Shown piece by piece: positions 39,031-52,018 of a DNA stretch of 64,000 bases. The DNA comes from Octopus sinensis (lineage: Eukaryota). The notes below the pieces were generated by a model. The model was not told the DNA's origin. It did not search any database and was given only the letters and a program-made list of their open reading frames with translations. The position numbers were made by a program, and so were the translations under genes. The stretch's first letter is position 1. Every line of letters starts with the position of its first letter. The DNA lies in assembly GCF_006345805.1 (NCBI RefSeq), contig NC_043020.1, forward strand, positions 248,001 through 312,000. The letters run 5' to 3'.

Positions 39031-40239
39031 CCCATAATATATTTTAACAGTTACTTAACAAATGTTATTCACATACAAATGGATGTAGGCATGATGGTAT
39101 GGTTAATAAGTTCATAAGTATATGGCTTTAGATTCAGAACCATTGTGTGGTACCATAGGCATGTGTTTTATACCATAAACTCAAGTTAACTGGAGCCCTG
39201 TCAGTGAAATCTGGCTTCAAGTGAAATTCTTGTTTCCTCTTTTGTTTTTCTTTTATGGCTGGGGTGGATTATTAGAGTTAATTCTTCACCAAGTTTAACA
39301 CCACCTTTTATTTGGTAGGATCTGTGTTGTTGCAGGATTTAGGATTAGGTCTCCTGTCTGAGGTTCACATTCTCCCACCAGTCACAGAAGCCCTGAAGTG
39401 AATCAGGGAAAGTCTGTTTCATCCTCTGAAAAAGAAATTGGAAAAAATCTCCCCATCAGTTATAGAGAAGAGTGTTCAATTGGGTAATCAACTGTTGTTG
39501 AACTTGCTACCTCTGGCTTGAATGGTTCTTTGGCATCTTCCTCAATTTACTTGACATTGGAATGGACAAATTCTCAATTAGGATAGCTTCTGTTTAACAT
39601 GGTGTTGAGAACTTTTCTCAAACAAAGACATTGGCTGTTCTTCTGTTGTAACCCTTCTTATTCATGGAATACAAGGATTGATCAATGCAGTTTTAAGACT
39701 TATGTAATTTAAGGATGAGGTTTTAAATGTGGTTAGGGCTTTTTAGTGAATAAATCAGTTCCAATATGGCCAAGAGTCTTAGATAATTCCATTCCATTTC
39801 AACTCATGACCTCATCAACTGCTGAAATACAATTAAGTAGAGGAAAGAATCAATTGAAAAATTAAAATAATTGTTACTACTCACCGGCGAGTATTAATAT
39901 TACCGTGTAGTGTAGTTACTATATTCAGGTTAACAGTACTTATGTTACACACCCTAAATCATAGTTAATGACTTGGAAATTTCCTTTTAAAGCGGAGGAA
40001 GGGATTTTGACTGAATGTTTTTCATGCATGAACTGTGTGCAGAAGTTATTGCAGGAATGTTGACAGATGACCATCAAGTCAAGAAGTGTACAGAGGATGG
40101 GAATACAAGGTTGGAAATTGATCCTAATGTCATTTGATACATTATTACGTGATGAGTCATAAGGTGTGCAGTTATAACCCAGTCATCTCAGTGGAGGCCA
40201 TTGAAACCACCCAACCACCACTGCTATCATCATCATCAT

Positions 40240-40470
40240 CATCATCATCAATCAATCACCATGTCAAACAAACCAGCCAGGTAGCATTTATATTGTCGGT
40301 CAATCTCCTAGAAATAGCAACATTTCCCTTGTATTACACACCACTGTTTTGTATGAGAAAGAGGAAGATTGAATACTCAAGTCCTAGACACACAATAGAT
40401 AGGGTGGTCATGGCTAGAATGCCTTTGATCATAGGTCAGCACACTCAGGGCTGACTCGGGGCTAAACAAC
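40240..40470 (+). mobile_element. Unclassified SINE 3' part with (AAC)n tail
   Basis: GGTCATGGCTAGAATGCCTTTGATCATAGGTC...GGGGCTAAACAACAAC. A diverged reverse copy lies near 17760-17940. Confidence 0.55.
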
Positions 40471-40771
40471 AACTGTCTCAGTAAAAACTTGCAAATATTC
40501 TAATAATACATGAAGACAATGTTGTGTCCCCCTTCTTTTGATGTCCAAGGTATTATTGTTCATCTGGAATTTGTACCGCATGGTCAAATAGTGAATCGGG
40601 CCTTTTATAAAGAAAATGTCTTAATTCGTTTTAAGGTGGGTGAAAAACACCTTGAGCTTTGGGAAAATAGTCAGTGGTTCCTATGACCACACACACACCT
40701 GTGTCTCCACCTGGGAGGTTCACTAATTATGCATTCACTCAATATTACCTTGTGTGATTTTTGTTTTTTAC

Positions 40772-41150
40772 AAAACTCTGCTTGCGAAGACCTATTGGGG
40801 CAAGTGAAATCGGAATCGCTCAAAAATCAACGGAAATTGTAGTTGTGATACCAGTGCCGGTGGCACGTAAAAGAACCATCCAAACATGGCCGTTGCCAGT
40901 GCCACCCTGACTGGCCTCCATGCCAGTGGCATGTAAAAAGCACCAACTGATCGTGGCCATTGCCAGCCTCACCTGGCACATAAAAAGCACCCACTACACT
41001 CTCGGAGTGGTTGGCGTTAGGAAGGGCATCCAGCCGTAGAAACATTGCCAGATCAGACTGGGCCTGGTGCAACCTCCTGGCTTCCCAGACCCCAGTCGAA
41101 CCGACCAACCCATGCTAGCATGGAAAGCGGACGTTAAGTGATGATGATGT
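40772..41150 (+). mobile_element. RTE 3' region with three stem-loop units
   Basis: GTGGCACRTAAAA(A)GCACC-like unit x3, GGTTGGCGTTAGGAAGGGCATCCAGC, tail CGGACGTTAAGTGATGATG. Confidence 0.85.
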
Positions 41151-41159
41151 TCCTAAAAC

Positions 41160-41540
41160 TGGTCTTCAGAGAAGATTCTTCTGTGGTACTGTACAATGAG
41201 CATTATTATACAGATCCACTTGTTTGATCATTGATCACTCACCAAACACCTGGAGGCAAAATTTGAATGGTGCTTACGTTTCTGTGTTACAGACTTTCCA
41301 AAATATATCATGGAGAAAGCATCCTACCAATCTAAGACTGTGGGGTAGTCTTCTTGCTGTAGTTGAAGTCATTAGAGAGAGCTGCATGCATTTTGCCGGA
41401 CTTAATTGCTGGAGAGCTATGCAAAAACTCGTTAGAGATCTGCTTCTGTGGCTACCCCATCACTGGATCTCTGTGGATCAACCATTGAACGAAAACCTCC
41501 ATCAGTCAGTTCTGTACAGACACGGGTTGTCGCCCTGTTG
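41160..41540 (+). mobile_element. RTE/RTEX-like LINE ORF2 C-terminal relic
   Basis: LQRRFFCGTVQ*ALLY...LNGAYVSVLQTFQNISWRKHPTNLRLWGSL...HFAG. Confidence 0.7.
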
Positions 41541-42082
41541 ACCTCCTGAATGCTGGACAGTGTGACCAAGTCAGGGAAATCTGAATGAACCCGACCACAT
41601 GATAAGTTGCTGAAAACTGTTAAATGAAGCTGAAAGAAAAATTTGATCCATATTAATAATAAGGCAGAATTTAATTGCAAAAATAGAGATTTCAGACCCT
41701 GCTTCGAAATTTGGTAAAATTGTTGAAACAAATGCCTAATATTAGATGGAGATGCAGTGGGAGTATTATGCAAGGGCCAGTTTTTAATACTGATGTGTGT
41801 GTGTTTGTGTGTGTTTTCAAAAAAATGTGAAGTCTTAGATCTGTTTGATCATGCTTCATCTATAGTTACTGTATAATTGTGGGCCTGAAACACTTTTGCT
41901 ATAATACAGCTATTATATACTGGTGAACATTGCTATAGCCATATTCATGAAACATTAGATTCAGTATTCATCTGTAAAACCTTTTGATCCAGTTATATAT
42001 ATGCTCTGCTGCACATTTTATCACACTGATGATGAAGACAGAATTTAACTGGCATGGAAAATAGACTTTTAAGGGATATGAC

Positions 42083-42244
42083 AATAATAATAGCAATAAT
42101 AATAATAATAGTAATCATAATAATAATAATAATAATAATGATAATAATAATAACAATGATAATAATAATAATAATATAATAATAATAATAATGATAATAA
42201 TAATAATAATGATAATAATAATAATGATAATAATAATAATAATG

Positions 42245-42281
<37 letters not shown>

Positions 42282-42375
42282 TAATAGTAATAATAATAGT
42301 AATAATAATTATAATAATAATAATAATAATATTAATAATGACAATAATAATAATAATAGTAATAATAATGATAAT

Positions 42376-42410
<35 letters not shown>

Positions 42411-42578
42411 TAATATTAATAATAATAATAATAGTAATAATAATGATAATAGTAATAATAATAATGATAATAATATTAATAATAATAATATTAATAATAA
42501 TAATAATAATAATAGTAATAATAATGATAATAGTAATAATAATAATGATAATAATATTAATAATTTGTGACATCAGCA

Positions 42579-42610
<32 letters not shown>

Positions 42611-42660
42611 AATCATAATAATGAGCATGAGAATAATGGCAATGATGATGATGATGATTG
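42083..42660. repeat. (AAT)n compound tract followed by (GAT)n
   Basis: Direct inspection. Confidence 0.95.
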
Positions 42661-43339
42661 ATTATGTAGCTCTTTAGGTTGTTAGACTTCTCTTGGCTTA
42701 TCAATTAAACCTACTGTTAATGTTATATGCACTTTGTTTGAACTGATGCAATTTAGAAATGTTCACGAACGCTGAGAGAAATTTTCCTTTCATAGCTGTA
42801 TGTTGCCATGACCAAAACGACGACGACGATGATGATGATAATGATGCTGTTAGTAGCGATGATGATGATGATGATGGTGGCATCATTGGGGGGGGGGTGA
42901 GGTGGGGGGGTGATAGAATATCCCTTTCAAACAATAATATCACCTTACCTTATTAAATACATAAATATTACATTTGCTCACGATCACATTTGAACGACGA
43001 GATCATTAATCTAAATTAATTTTTTATAACGATAGTTAGGATTGAAAATTGTATTTCAGTTTCTTTGACCTAATTTTTCATCAAAAGCTGTGGTGAATAT
43101 TATGTTTGTTTTCTTTTTTTTTTTTTTCCATTATTTTCTTTTTCATTTCGTTCGTAGTTATTGAATAGATCTGCTAATATCATTAACCCTCTATTTGAAG
43201 ATCAAGGCTTTCCTTCAATGCCATTCTCTTAATAAAAAAAGTAAAAAAAAAAAAAAAAACAAAACAAAAAAACACTAGTACCAGAATGTGTTGATATTAA
43301 TAATTAACAAATTGATTTTTAGCAGTGAATGGGAAACAT

Positions 43340-43812
43340 TAGACATGGCCATGTGGTTAAGAAGTCTACTTCCCAACCATGCGGTTGTAAGTTCAGTTCC
43401 ACTGTGCTGCACCTTGGGCAAGTGTTTTCTACTCTACTTTTGCTTTGAGTTAACCAAATATTTGTGAGTAGATTTGACTGATGGAAACTGAAAGAACATC
43501 ATCATGTACATATATATGCACAGCACCTTGGGCAAGTGTCTTCTCCTACAACCATGGCCCAATACTGCTTTGTGAACAAATTTGGTAGTTAGAAACTGTG
43601 AGGAACCCCATTGTGTGTTGTGTTTGTCCACCGTATCTGCTTGACAACCAGTGATGTTTTGTTTATGTTCTCATAACTTAGTAGTTCAGTAAAGAGACAA
43701 ATAGAATAAGTACCAGGTTTTAAAAAACAAGCACTGTAGTCCATTTGTTTGACTAAACCCTTCAAGATAGTGTCCTCGCATGGCTGCAGTCCAATGATTG
43801 AAACCAGTAAAA
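43340..43812 (+). mobile_element. CORE-like SINE, rearranged with duplicated core
   Basis: CATGGCCATGTGGTTAAG head; GCACCTTGGGCAAGTG occurs twice; tail GGCTGCAGTCCAATGATTGAAACC. Confidence 0.7.
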
Positions 43813-45729
43813 GTGTGTGTGTGTGTGTGCATGCGCACATTCAGGCAAGTATGTGAGTATGTGTTTATGTCTTACTTGGTTCTCCAAAATTTGCAATGTA
43901 CAAACGATGTTGTTATCGTCAGTTTCCCTCTAAACAAATCATCCACTTATCTCATGACTTTGAAGCCATGTAGAATAAGGGATCCTTTACTCAAAAAACA
44001 GGAAAGGGTTACCAATATGCTAGAGTATCCAACCTCCCCTATATTTTCCTTTTTTCTTTTTCAACCCCATTTCCATTTGTTTAAAATATAGAAACAATGG
44101 ACGGTAGCTCTGAAAATTTGCATCATCATCATGATCAGCATCGTTTGATGTCCACCATCCATGCTGGCATGGGTTGGATGATTTGACAGGAGCCAGCCAG
44201 GTAGAAGATTACACCAGGCTTCCTAAAGATATTGTAATAGCAGTGTAAGAGTCTGTTGGGCCAGAAGTTCAAATAGGTTTTGAAGTCTGAGATGAGAATT
44301 GAGAATATCATTAAGAAAAACATGGGTTTTTGTTAAGGTCATATTCAAGATAAGTAATGTAAAATGACTACAACCATAAATGCAAAGTGTGTTGTAAATT
44401 TGGTATGCCAAGAGCTTATCTCCACATTACAGTGTTAGAATGCTTCCATAAATAATGATTTTATTCTTTAAGCCATGTGATCTTCAAATTCAAAATTCCT
44501 ATCAGATTTCTGAATCTAATTTAATTACCTTGCAGAAATATAGCAAATGTTGTGTCTGAATATGTTAACAACCTCTCCTCTGATTTCTAAATCAGTAAAG
44601 AGTTCCATGGAATTTTCACTTGTGATTCTTTTTACATATAGAATGGCAGAATTTATATTAAAATTGACATCTAATTTTTAGTTTTGTTGACGAGTTTGTT
44701 TTTCTCTTTCTGTTTGATAATTTCTTGAGAGCTACATTTTTTTTTTATCTCTGTTACATGTTTTTTTTTTTTTCATGTGTGTGTGTGTGTGTTTTGTTTT
44801 GTCTTAGTATCAGCTTCTCTTGTTATCATTATAGCCTCATATTAATTACATTTTAGATAGATGCACTAACATCTAACTTTATTATTCTAAGCTATTGAAG
44901 CATGGAATAGGAAAACTACCATTTATGCTTTTTGATAGTTTGTACCAATTTATTTCACTTTGTAGCAAGAACTGTTCTATAATTGCTTTCAGTATATAAT
45001 TTTATGGCATTAAATACGTGATATCAGATATTGTTCCTTGTTTCAAAACTTCATTTACATTAAATACAATGTTGTTTTGTTACTTTTTATATGAAAATCA
45101 ATATGTGCCAGGCAGATTGTCATGCTGTAATGGCAGCTAACCCTCTTTTCCAATATATCTTAAAGAACACATATTTCTTAATTTTTTTTCTCTATTCAAA
45201 ACTGAAGGACTACTAGTTTGTTGAGTTCATGATCACTTATTGATTTCTGCTTTATTTCAGATATATTTCATTTTATTTAGGTTGCTTATGCCCCACGGGA
45301 AGGACATTTATGTTTCCAAAATGCATTCATTCCCCCTTCTTTCGAAGTCATTAGGATTAATCACCCATTGATGTATACCACTGACTGTGAAAGTCTAGTA
45401 GTGATTGATTCTTTCTCATACATGTGTGTGTCAAATATTATATAAATTGATTGAAGTCTTGCTGTTCTGACTACAAAAGCCTGAATCTTATGTACTCTCC
45501 AGTTAATATAACTATTTTCTGTACAATATAAATTTGTTCAGGTCTCAATGTTTTTATGACAAAGATGTAAAATATCAGTAATTGCTAAAGGCAGGTAGGA
45601 ATGCAACATAAAAATCTTTTCAGTATCGTTTCAACCCACATTGTCAAGGGAAATAATATAACTTCTTGTGACTAAGGTTAGTTTTATACTGTACAGGTTA
45701 TGGCCAATTGTATATACTACTCTTTACTT

Positions 45730-46345
45730 TTACTGGTACTCCGTCAGTTTACAACGATGAGTGTTCCGGATTTATCTGATCAACGGAACAGCCTGCTCGT
45801 GAAATTATCATGCAAGTGGTTGGGCACTTTGTGAATATACTCTTTTACTTGTTTCAGTCATTTGACTGCGGCCATGCTGGAGCACCGCCTTTAATCAAGC
45901 AACTCGACCTCGGGACTTATTCTTTTGTAAGCCCAGTACTTATTCTATTGGTTTCTTTTGCCGAACCGCTAAGTGACAGGGACATAAACACACCAGCATC
46001 GGTTGTCGAGCAATGCTAGGGGGACAAACACAGACACACAAACATACACGTACACACACATATATATACATATGTATATACATATATACAACGGGCTTCT
46101 TTCAGTTTCCGTCTACAAAATCCACTCACAAGGCTTTGGTCGGCCTGAGGCTATAGTTGAAAACACCTGCCCAAGGTGCCACGCAGTGGAAGTGAACCCG
46201 GAACCATGTGGTTGGTAAGCAAGCTACTTACCACAGAGCCACTTCTGGTGTTTCTGTCATAGTTCTCAGTGAGATTTGGTGTGACACAGGATGTGACAAA
46301 ACTGGCCCTTTTAAATTACTGGTATGACTCATTTTTAACAGCTCT
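45730..46345 (+). mobile_element. Unclassified SINE (GGTACTCCGTCAGTT...CAGCCTGCTCGTGAAATT) split by a CORE-like SINE
   Basis: 5' part at 45730-45835. The continuation TAGTTCTCAGTGAGATTTGGTGTGACACAG follows 46245 (continuity recalled from memory). Confidence 0.5.
45838..46243 (-). mobile_element. CORE-like SINE, full length, young
   Basis: Near-identical to 2101-2471. Confidence 0.9.
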
Positions 46346-46357
46346 AGGAAATAGTAA

Positions 46358-46520
46358 GAGACATAGGAGTAACTGTGGGACTGAGAAGTTTGCTTCCCAA
46401 TCACATAGATTAGGGTTCAGTCCCACTCTGTGACACATCAAACAAGTGCCTGCTTATATAGCCCTGAGCTGACCAAAGCTTTATGACTGGATTTGGTTGA
46501 CAGACACTGAAAGAAGTGTG
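46358..46520 (+). mobile_element. CORE-like SINE 5' half
   Basis: GGAGTAACTGTGGG...GGGTTCAGTCCCACTCTGTG. Confidence 0.7.
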
Positions 46521-47179
46521 CCATATGTATATATATATATATGTACGTATATGGAAAGGGGATGTTAAATGATAATGATGATGACGATTCTGCAAAAACA
46601 TACCTGATTCTGGGGAAATATTACCATGCTTGGAAACAGGTAAGGGTTAACAACAAGAAGGGCATCCGAGGTAATCCAGCCCCAAAAATCTGTTTCAGTA
46701 AACTTCATCCAAACCATCCAAGCATGAAAAACTGGACATTAAAATGATGAGTATGATGAGTGATGACTGTCTGCTTTGAATTAGTTATGTTGTTGCTCCC
46801 AAGACAAATGACACCAGCCACAGTAGCAGCATTTAACATCAGCCTTTCCACGTAGGCATAGGCTGCACAGATCTTCTGGGGGGCAGTATTTTCCAGCTGA
46901 ATGTCCGTTATAGAACCAAGCCTATTAGTCATCCCTCATGACAGACAGACAGATGTGGAATGCATAATTTAAAACTGGTACACACATAATAACCAAGAAA
47001 CATTACACAAGAGAAACTGAATGAAATTTGTACTACTAATACTCTTCTTACAGTTGTTTATTATTACTGACTTCATAGCTTCGATGTGGTCAGTTGATCT
47101 GCATGAAATAGTAGCAAAATTTCCTTCATAATGTTATACTATCTCAGTTTGGATATGTGACTACTGGAATACTTTTGAT

Positions 47180-47412
47180 TATGAGTTGGCAGAAACGTTA
47201 GCATGCCGGGTGAAATGCGTAGCCGTATTTCGTTTGCCGTTACGTTCTGTGTTCAAATTCCGCCGAGGTCAACTTTGCCTTTCATCCTTTCGGGGTCGAT
47301 TAAATAAGTACCAGTTACGCACTGGGGTCGATGTAATCGACTTAATACCTATGTCAGTCCTTGTTTGTCCTCTCTGTGTTTAGCCCCTTGTGTGTAATAA
47401 AGAAATAGGTAT
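47180..47412 (+). mobile_element. Young Nin/Deu-like SINE subfamily
   Basis: TTGGCAGAAACGTTAGC...CCGCCGAGGTCAACTTTGCC...TAATAAAGAAATAGG; CpG-rich. Confidence 0.9.
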
Positions 47413-47770
47413 TGAGCCTGAAAATGCTTTATACTGAGTGACATGAGTATGCAAGGTTATTTTTATATCCCCTGAGTATTCTTCCAGTGAATCCTGGGTA
47501 CAACTTTGAACATAAGTGCAGCAACATAGTAGATGCATTTTGTTTCTTGCTCACTGTTTCCTCTTCCCTATTGAGAGAAATGATAGAATGGTGCATATGG
47601 TGTGATTATAAATTACAAATCATCCACACCATTTTAACATCCACTTTTCCAAACTTGTATGGGTCAGACAGAAGCAGATTATCTGTGGCCAGATGAACTT
47701 CCTGTTGTCCACTCATACCAGTTTGCAAGAAAGGTGATATTTCCCCATGGGCAAACATGTTTTCACAAAT

Positions 47771-48135
47771 CATCATCATCATCATCATCGTTTAACGCCT
47801 GTGCTCCATGCTAGCATGGGTTGGACGGTTCGACCGGGGATCTGGGAAGCCAGAAGGCTGCACCAAGCTCCAGTCTGATCTGGCAGTGTTGCTACAGCTG
47901 GGTGCCCTTCCTAACGCCAACCACTCCGTGAGTGTAGTGGGTGCTTTTTACGTGCCACCGGCGAGGCTGGCAACGGCCACGATCGGATTGGTGCCTTTTA
48001 CGTGCCACCGGCACGGAAGCCAGTCAAGGTGGTGCTGGCATCGGCCACGTTCGGATGGTGCTTTTTACATGCCACTGGCCCAGGGATCACAACTACAGTT
48101 TCCATTGATTTTTGATGTTGGTGTACTTGACTCAA
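47771..48135 (-). mobile_element. RTE 3' region, young, three stem-loop units
   Basis: (TCA)n TCGTTTAACG...GGTGCTTTTTACGTGCCACC-like unit x3. Confidence 0.85.
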
Positions 48136-49459
48136 TAAATATTGGAAATAAACGACGGTGCATGTATGACATTGACACCCATTTACAACTATCATGCAGT
48201 GTCACGATAGGGAGACACATGAACACAGTGACACAAGAGGTATCCTATCATTAAAAAGAAAAAAAATACAAGAGGATAAGCATAATAGCAAAGTTGGTCA
48301 CTTTTCTAGTTTTTATGCACCAGAGGATGAAGAACTGGTGATGTACTGGGCTCAATCCAACCCATAACCTCATGGCAGAATAAGCATAAGAATGACAATG
48401 GTGATGATGATGATGATGATCATCATCATCATCATGATTGTATTCCTATAGGGCAATGTACAGTGTTCTTTCATTAGTTATTCTCAAGAATTTTCTGAGC
48501 TGCTGTACTGTCACTAAAACGGGGTTAGAACAACTACCGTCAAAAGTTAAATCACAAGAACCTAATTATTGCAAGAATGGAAACAATGCAGTTTGAATGC
48601 CATGTAATGTATACGGCGTTCGTGTTCTATAAGCATTGTATGTGAGTAGATGCACGTATCTCTGCATTGAAAGAATCAAGCCATGCTACGAAAGGGAAAA
48701 GTGTGCGGAGGACACTTCTGGTTGGTGATAATTATTTTAGCTTCCTATCTTGAGGGAACTGATTTAATCAGCTTAGTCTCATAGGTTGACATGTTATAAT
48801 TACTAATTCTGGTTGCATACAGTATCACTGCCATTGGCAACAGTTGTTGCAATACTCACAATGTCTTGGGTAATAGAGGCCAAGAATAATGGCATTTTAT
48901 TCATCTTGACTTTAGCAACAGCTTACATTAGCTTTGAGTATCGCATCTTCTCATGTTTGCCTATATTATTTCCAACTTTCACAGAAACTTTCTCGATACA
49001 GTGCTAGGCAGGCACGCTATTATATTTCTTTCAACGTCGTCTTCCATTGAGTCTTGTACAAGAATGGGATTGTGAATCTATCGCTAACTTTCAATTAGTT
49101 TTATTGAATGGATGCCTTGTAGCTCGTAGTAAGTAATAATGGTGAACTGCAAGTGCTCTAATCACTGCTGAATTAACTATTAGAAAACCAGCTAGGTAAC
49201 AAAAGTAAGTAATTACAGATTATTTGAGATTAATACAGTCATCAGGGTTAATTTCTTGGAGCGAAATGAAGCACTTAGAGTATTTATTTCTCCACCTTTA
49301 TCCTTATTTATTTGTGTGTGACAGAAGAGCTAAATGGGTTTTTTTTAAAATATGTTTCAAACCTTCACATATTTACATTAGTTGTGGTCCAACAATTAGG
49401 AACTGTGGAGATGATTACGCTCTAGTAATATACATACATACATATTTATATATATATAT

Positions 49460-49572
49460 GGCCTGCTCGCTTAGCCAGCGGGGTGGCGTCATTTGAAGGC
49501 TAAAACAATGCGAAGCGCATTGTGACCAGCGATGTGTAGCAACATCTGATAGCCTGGTCGGTCACGGTGACG

Positions 49573-49576
<4 letters not shown>
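49460..49576. other. Compact CpG-rich structured element between (TA)n tracts, unclassified
   Basis: Stems ACAATGCG/CGCATTGT, GACCAG/CTGGTC, GATGT/ACATC and TTAGCC/GGCTAA; ends with CGGTGA x2. Confidence 0.5.
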
Positions 49577-49614
<38 letters not shown>

Positions 49615-49806
49615 TATATACAAACATATATGTACATACCTACATCTATATGTATATATACATGCATATATATGCTTATACTTATAGATGTAGGTGTGTA
49701 CATATATATATGTATATATGCATATATTTATATATTATTTATATTATTATATGATCAAACACCACACATCCTTTTCCAAGTATATATACATATATATATA
49801 TATATG

Positions 49807-49897
<91 letters not shown>

Positions 49898-50169
49898 GTA
49901 TATGTGCTGTCATTTGATGTTAATGGGATGTATATAGGGTATAGGGTATACAAGGAATTTGTTGTGTCAGAACATTTGATGTCACTGTTGAGGTGACACA
50001 GTAACACAGAAAGACATGCTGAAGTACAGATCTAAAAACCCATAAGCAAATGCACTTTAAAGCAATGATCATCAATAGTAATTATTATACATTTAACTTC
50101 TTTCTCGCTCTCTCTCTCTGAAGTTACACACACACAGATACATATATACATATTTATGTATTTGTTTTG

Positions 50170-50206
<37 letters not shown>

Positions 50207-50214
50207 CTAAGTAA

Positions 50215-50417
50215 TTACAGATTATGATAGATTGGTAGCCACTACACATATTTTTTTCTTCTCCCCTTGTTTTTTTTCTGTGTCCCTTTCTGTTGAAGAG
50301 CCTAGGCTCGAAACGTAAAAGACTTTTTCAATTCCCGAGCGTTATACTAATACATCTGTTTGTTTTGTACACCACCTGTCTTCGTCTTTTGTTGTTTTTT
50401 TCTTGAACTCTCCCTAC

Positions 50418-50420
<3 letters not shown>
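50215..50420 (+). mobile_element. Penelope-like repeat with hammerhead-like motif (copy 2)
   Basis: CTTT-CTGTTGA-A-GAGC-CTAG-GCTC-GAAACGTA-AAAG at 50286-50321. Homologous to 5022-5195. Confidence 0.6.
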
Positions 50421-50448
<28 letters not shown>

Positions 50449-51612
50449 CACATACATACACACATGAATGTCTGCATGTGTATTAGATTCATTACAAGAT
50501 GTTCCCAGTCATCAATGTTGATGTTCCCAGATTTAAGCTTTTTGGTTTTATGTCATTGTGAAGTCAGCCTCTATTTTCCCAGTTCAAATGTGACAAATAA
50601 CTTCTGCACAACAAAAGCTACCAGCAAAAACATTATTTGTCAACTGATCACTGAAAAACAAAAACCCAAAACAAAACTTTGTAAACCCATCGAAGTTAGT
50701 TAAACTTTCAAAACATTGCAATCATCTTAAATAATAGAATGCTTTGCAATTTTAATTGAGCTTAAATATGTACTTTGGGAATCTATTATTCCAATGTATC
50801 TTCAAGACAACAGTAGCTGTGTTATGTATTTTAGTTTTAAAGTTTACTTTTTGGTGACTGACTGCAAGTTAGTCATTAATCTTTATTGATTTAAAGCTTT
50901 GGCTTTCTATTCTATTTTTTATTTCTATTTATCCATTGCTTCTTGACCGTTTGTTGTAGAATTTTGATTTAAATATCGATCGTCAGAGTATTACGCGAGT
51001 GCGTGTATATGTGTGTGTGTGTGTGTGTGTGTATGTGACTGTTATATTAAATTGAAATTCGTTGTTTGTACATCATTTTATGCTGTATCAATAATCATCT
51101 GTGACTAGCGAATGTGTGTATGGGTGGGGGTGGGGCTTGTGTGTGGGGTGGTGGTTGCGTGTGGGCGTGTGTTTTCTTTTACATGAGATATCTCTGCATG
51201 TATCCACACGTATCATGATATAAACTATAAAGATAGTTTTTCATTATAAATGTATGTTCATATGGATATTAAACATGACATCAAATGCGTGAATGCTTTG
51301 AGTAATATCCACCCCTACATTTATGTGTGTGTGCTCACATTATTATGTGTGTGTCTGTCTGCATCTGTGTATACATGTGTCTATGTTTAAGTTTTAATGT
51401 GTGTGTGTGTATATATCTATGTACACTTACATGCACACAGAATGCGGACCTTAAATGATGATGATCTGTAAAGCCAATGTATGCTCAATATCTCAATACA
51501 GATAGCACACAAATTGTTTTGGCACATGCAGATATCATATAAAACATATTTTTCGAATATGGAAATTAACAGCTATAATGTTGCATTTGTTATGTCCCTC
51601 AGATGGAAACTA

Positions 51613-52018
51613 TATACTCTTTTACTCTTTTACTTGTTTCAGTCATTTGACTGTGGCCATGCTGGAGCGCCGCCTTTAGTCGAGCAAATCGACCCCGGGA
51701 CTTATTCTTTGTAAGCTCAGTACTTATTCTATCGGTCTCTTTTGCCGAACCGCTAAGTGACGGGGACGTAAACACACCAGCATCGGTTGTCAAGCAATGC
51801 TAGGGGGACAAACACAGACACACAAACATATACACACACACTTATATATATATACATATATACGACAGGCTTCTTTCAGTTTCCATCTACCAAATCCACT
51901 CACAAGGCTTTGGTTGGCCCGAGGCTATAGCAGAAGACACTTGCCCAAGATGCCACACAGTGGGACTGAACCCGGAACCATGTGGTTGGTTAGCAAGCTA
52001 CTTACCACACAGCCACTC
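51613..52018 (-). mobile_element. CORE-like SINE, full length, young
   Basis: Near-identical to the 2101 and 45838 copies. Confidence 0.9.

Noticed and set aside
39330-39830. Decayed coding-like segment on the minus strand, possibly Penelope ORF
   Set aside because: Many stops and only a vague motif (VLNTMLNRSYP); cannot be assigned without an HMM search.
39880-39990. Minus-strand exon-like unit with CCG|GTGAGT donor (similar cases near 48860 and 54300)
   Set aside because: Stops in all frames over the candidate exon. Splice-like signals are frequent by chance in this composition; non-coding exons cannot be excluded.
42083-42660. Regularly spaced repeats as a possible CRISPR-like array
   Set aside because: Trinucleotide microsatellite variants with no unique spacers, in eukaryotic context.
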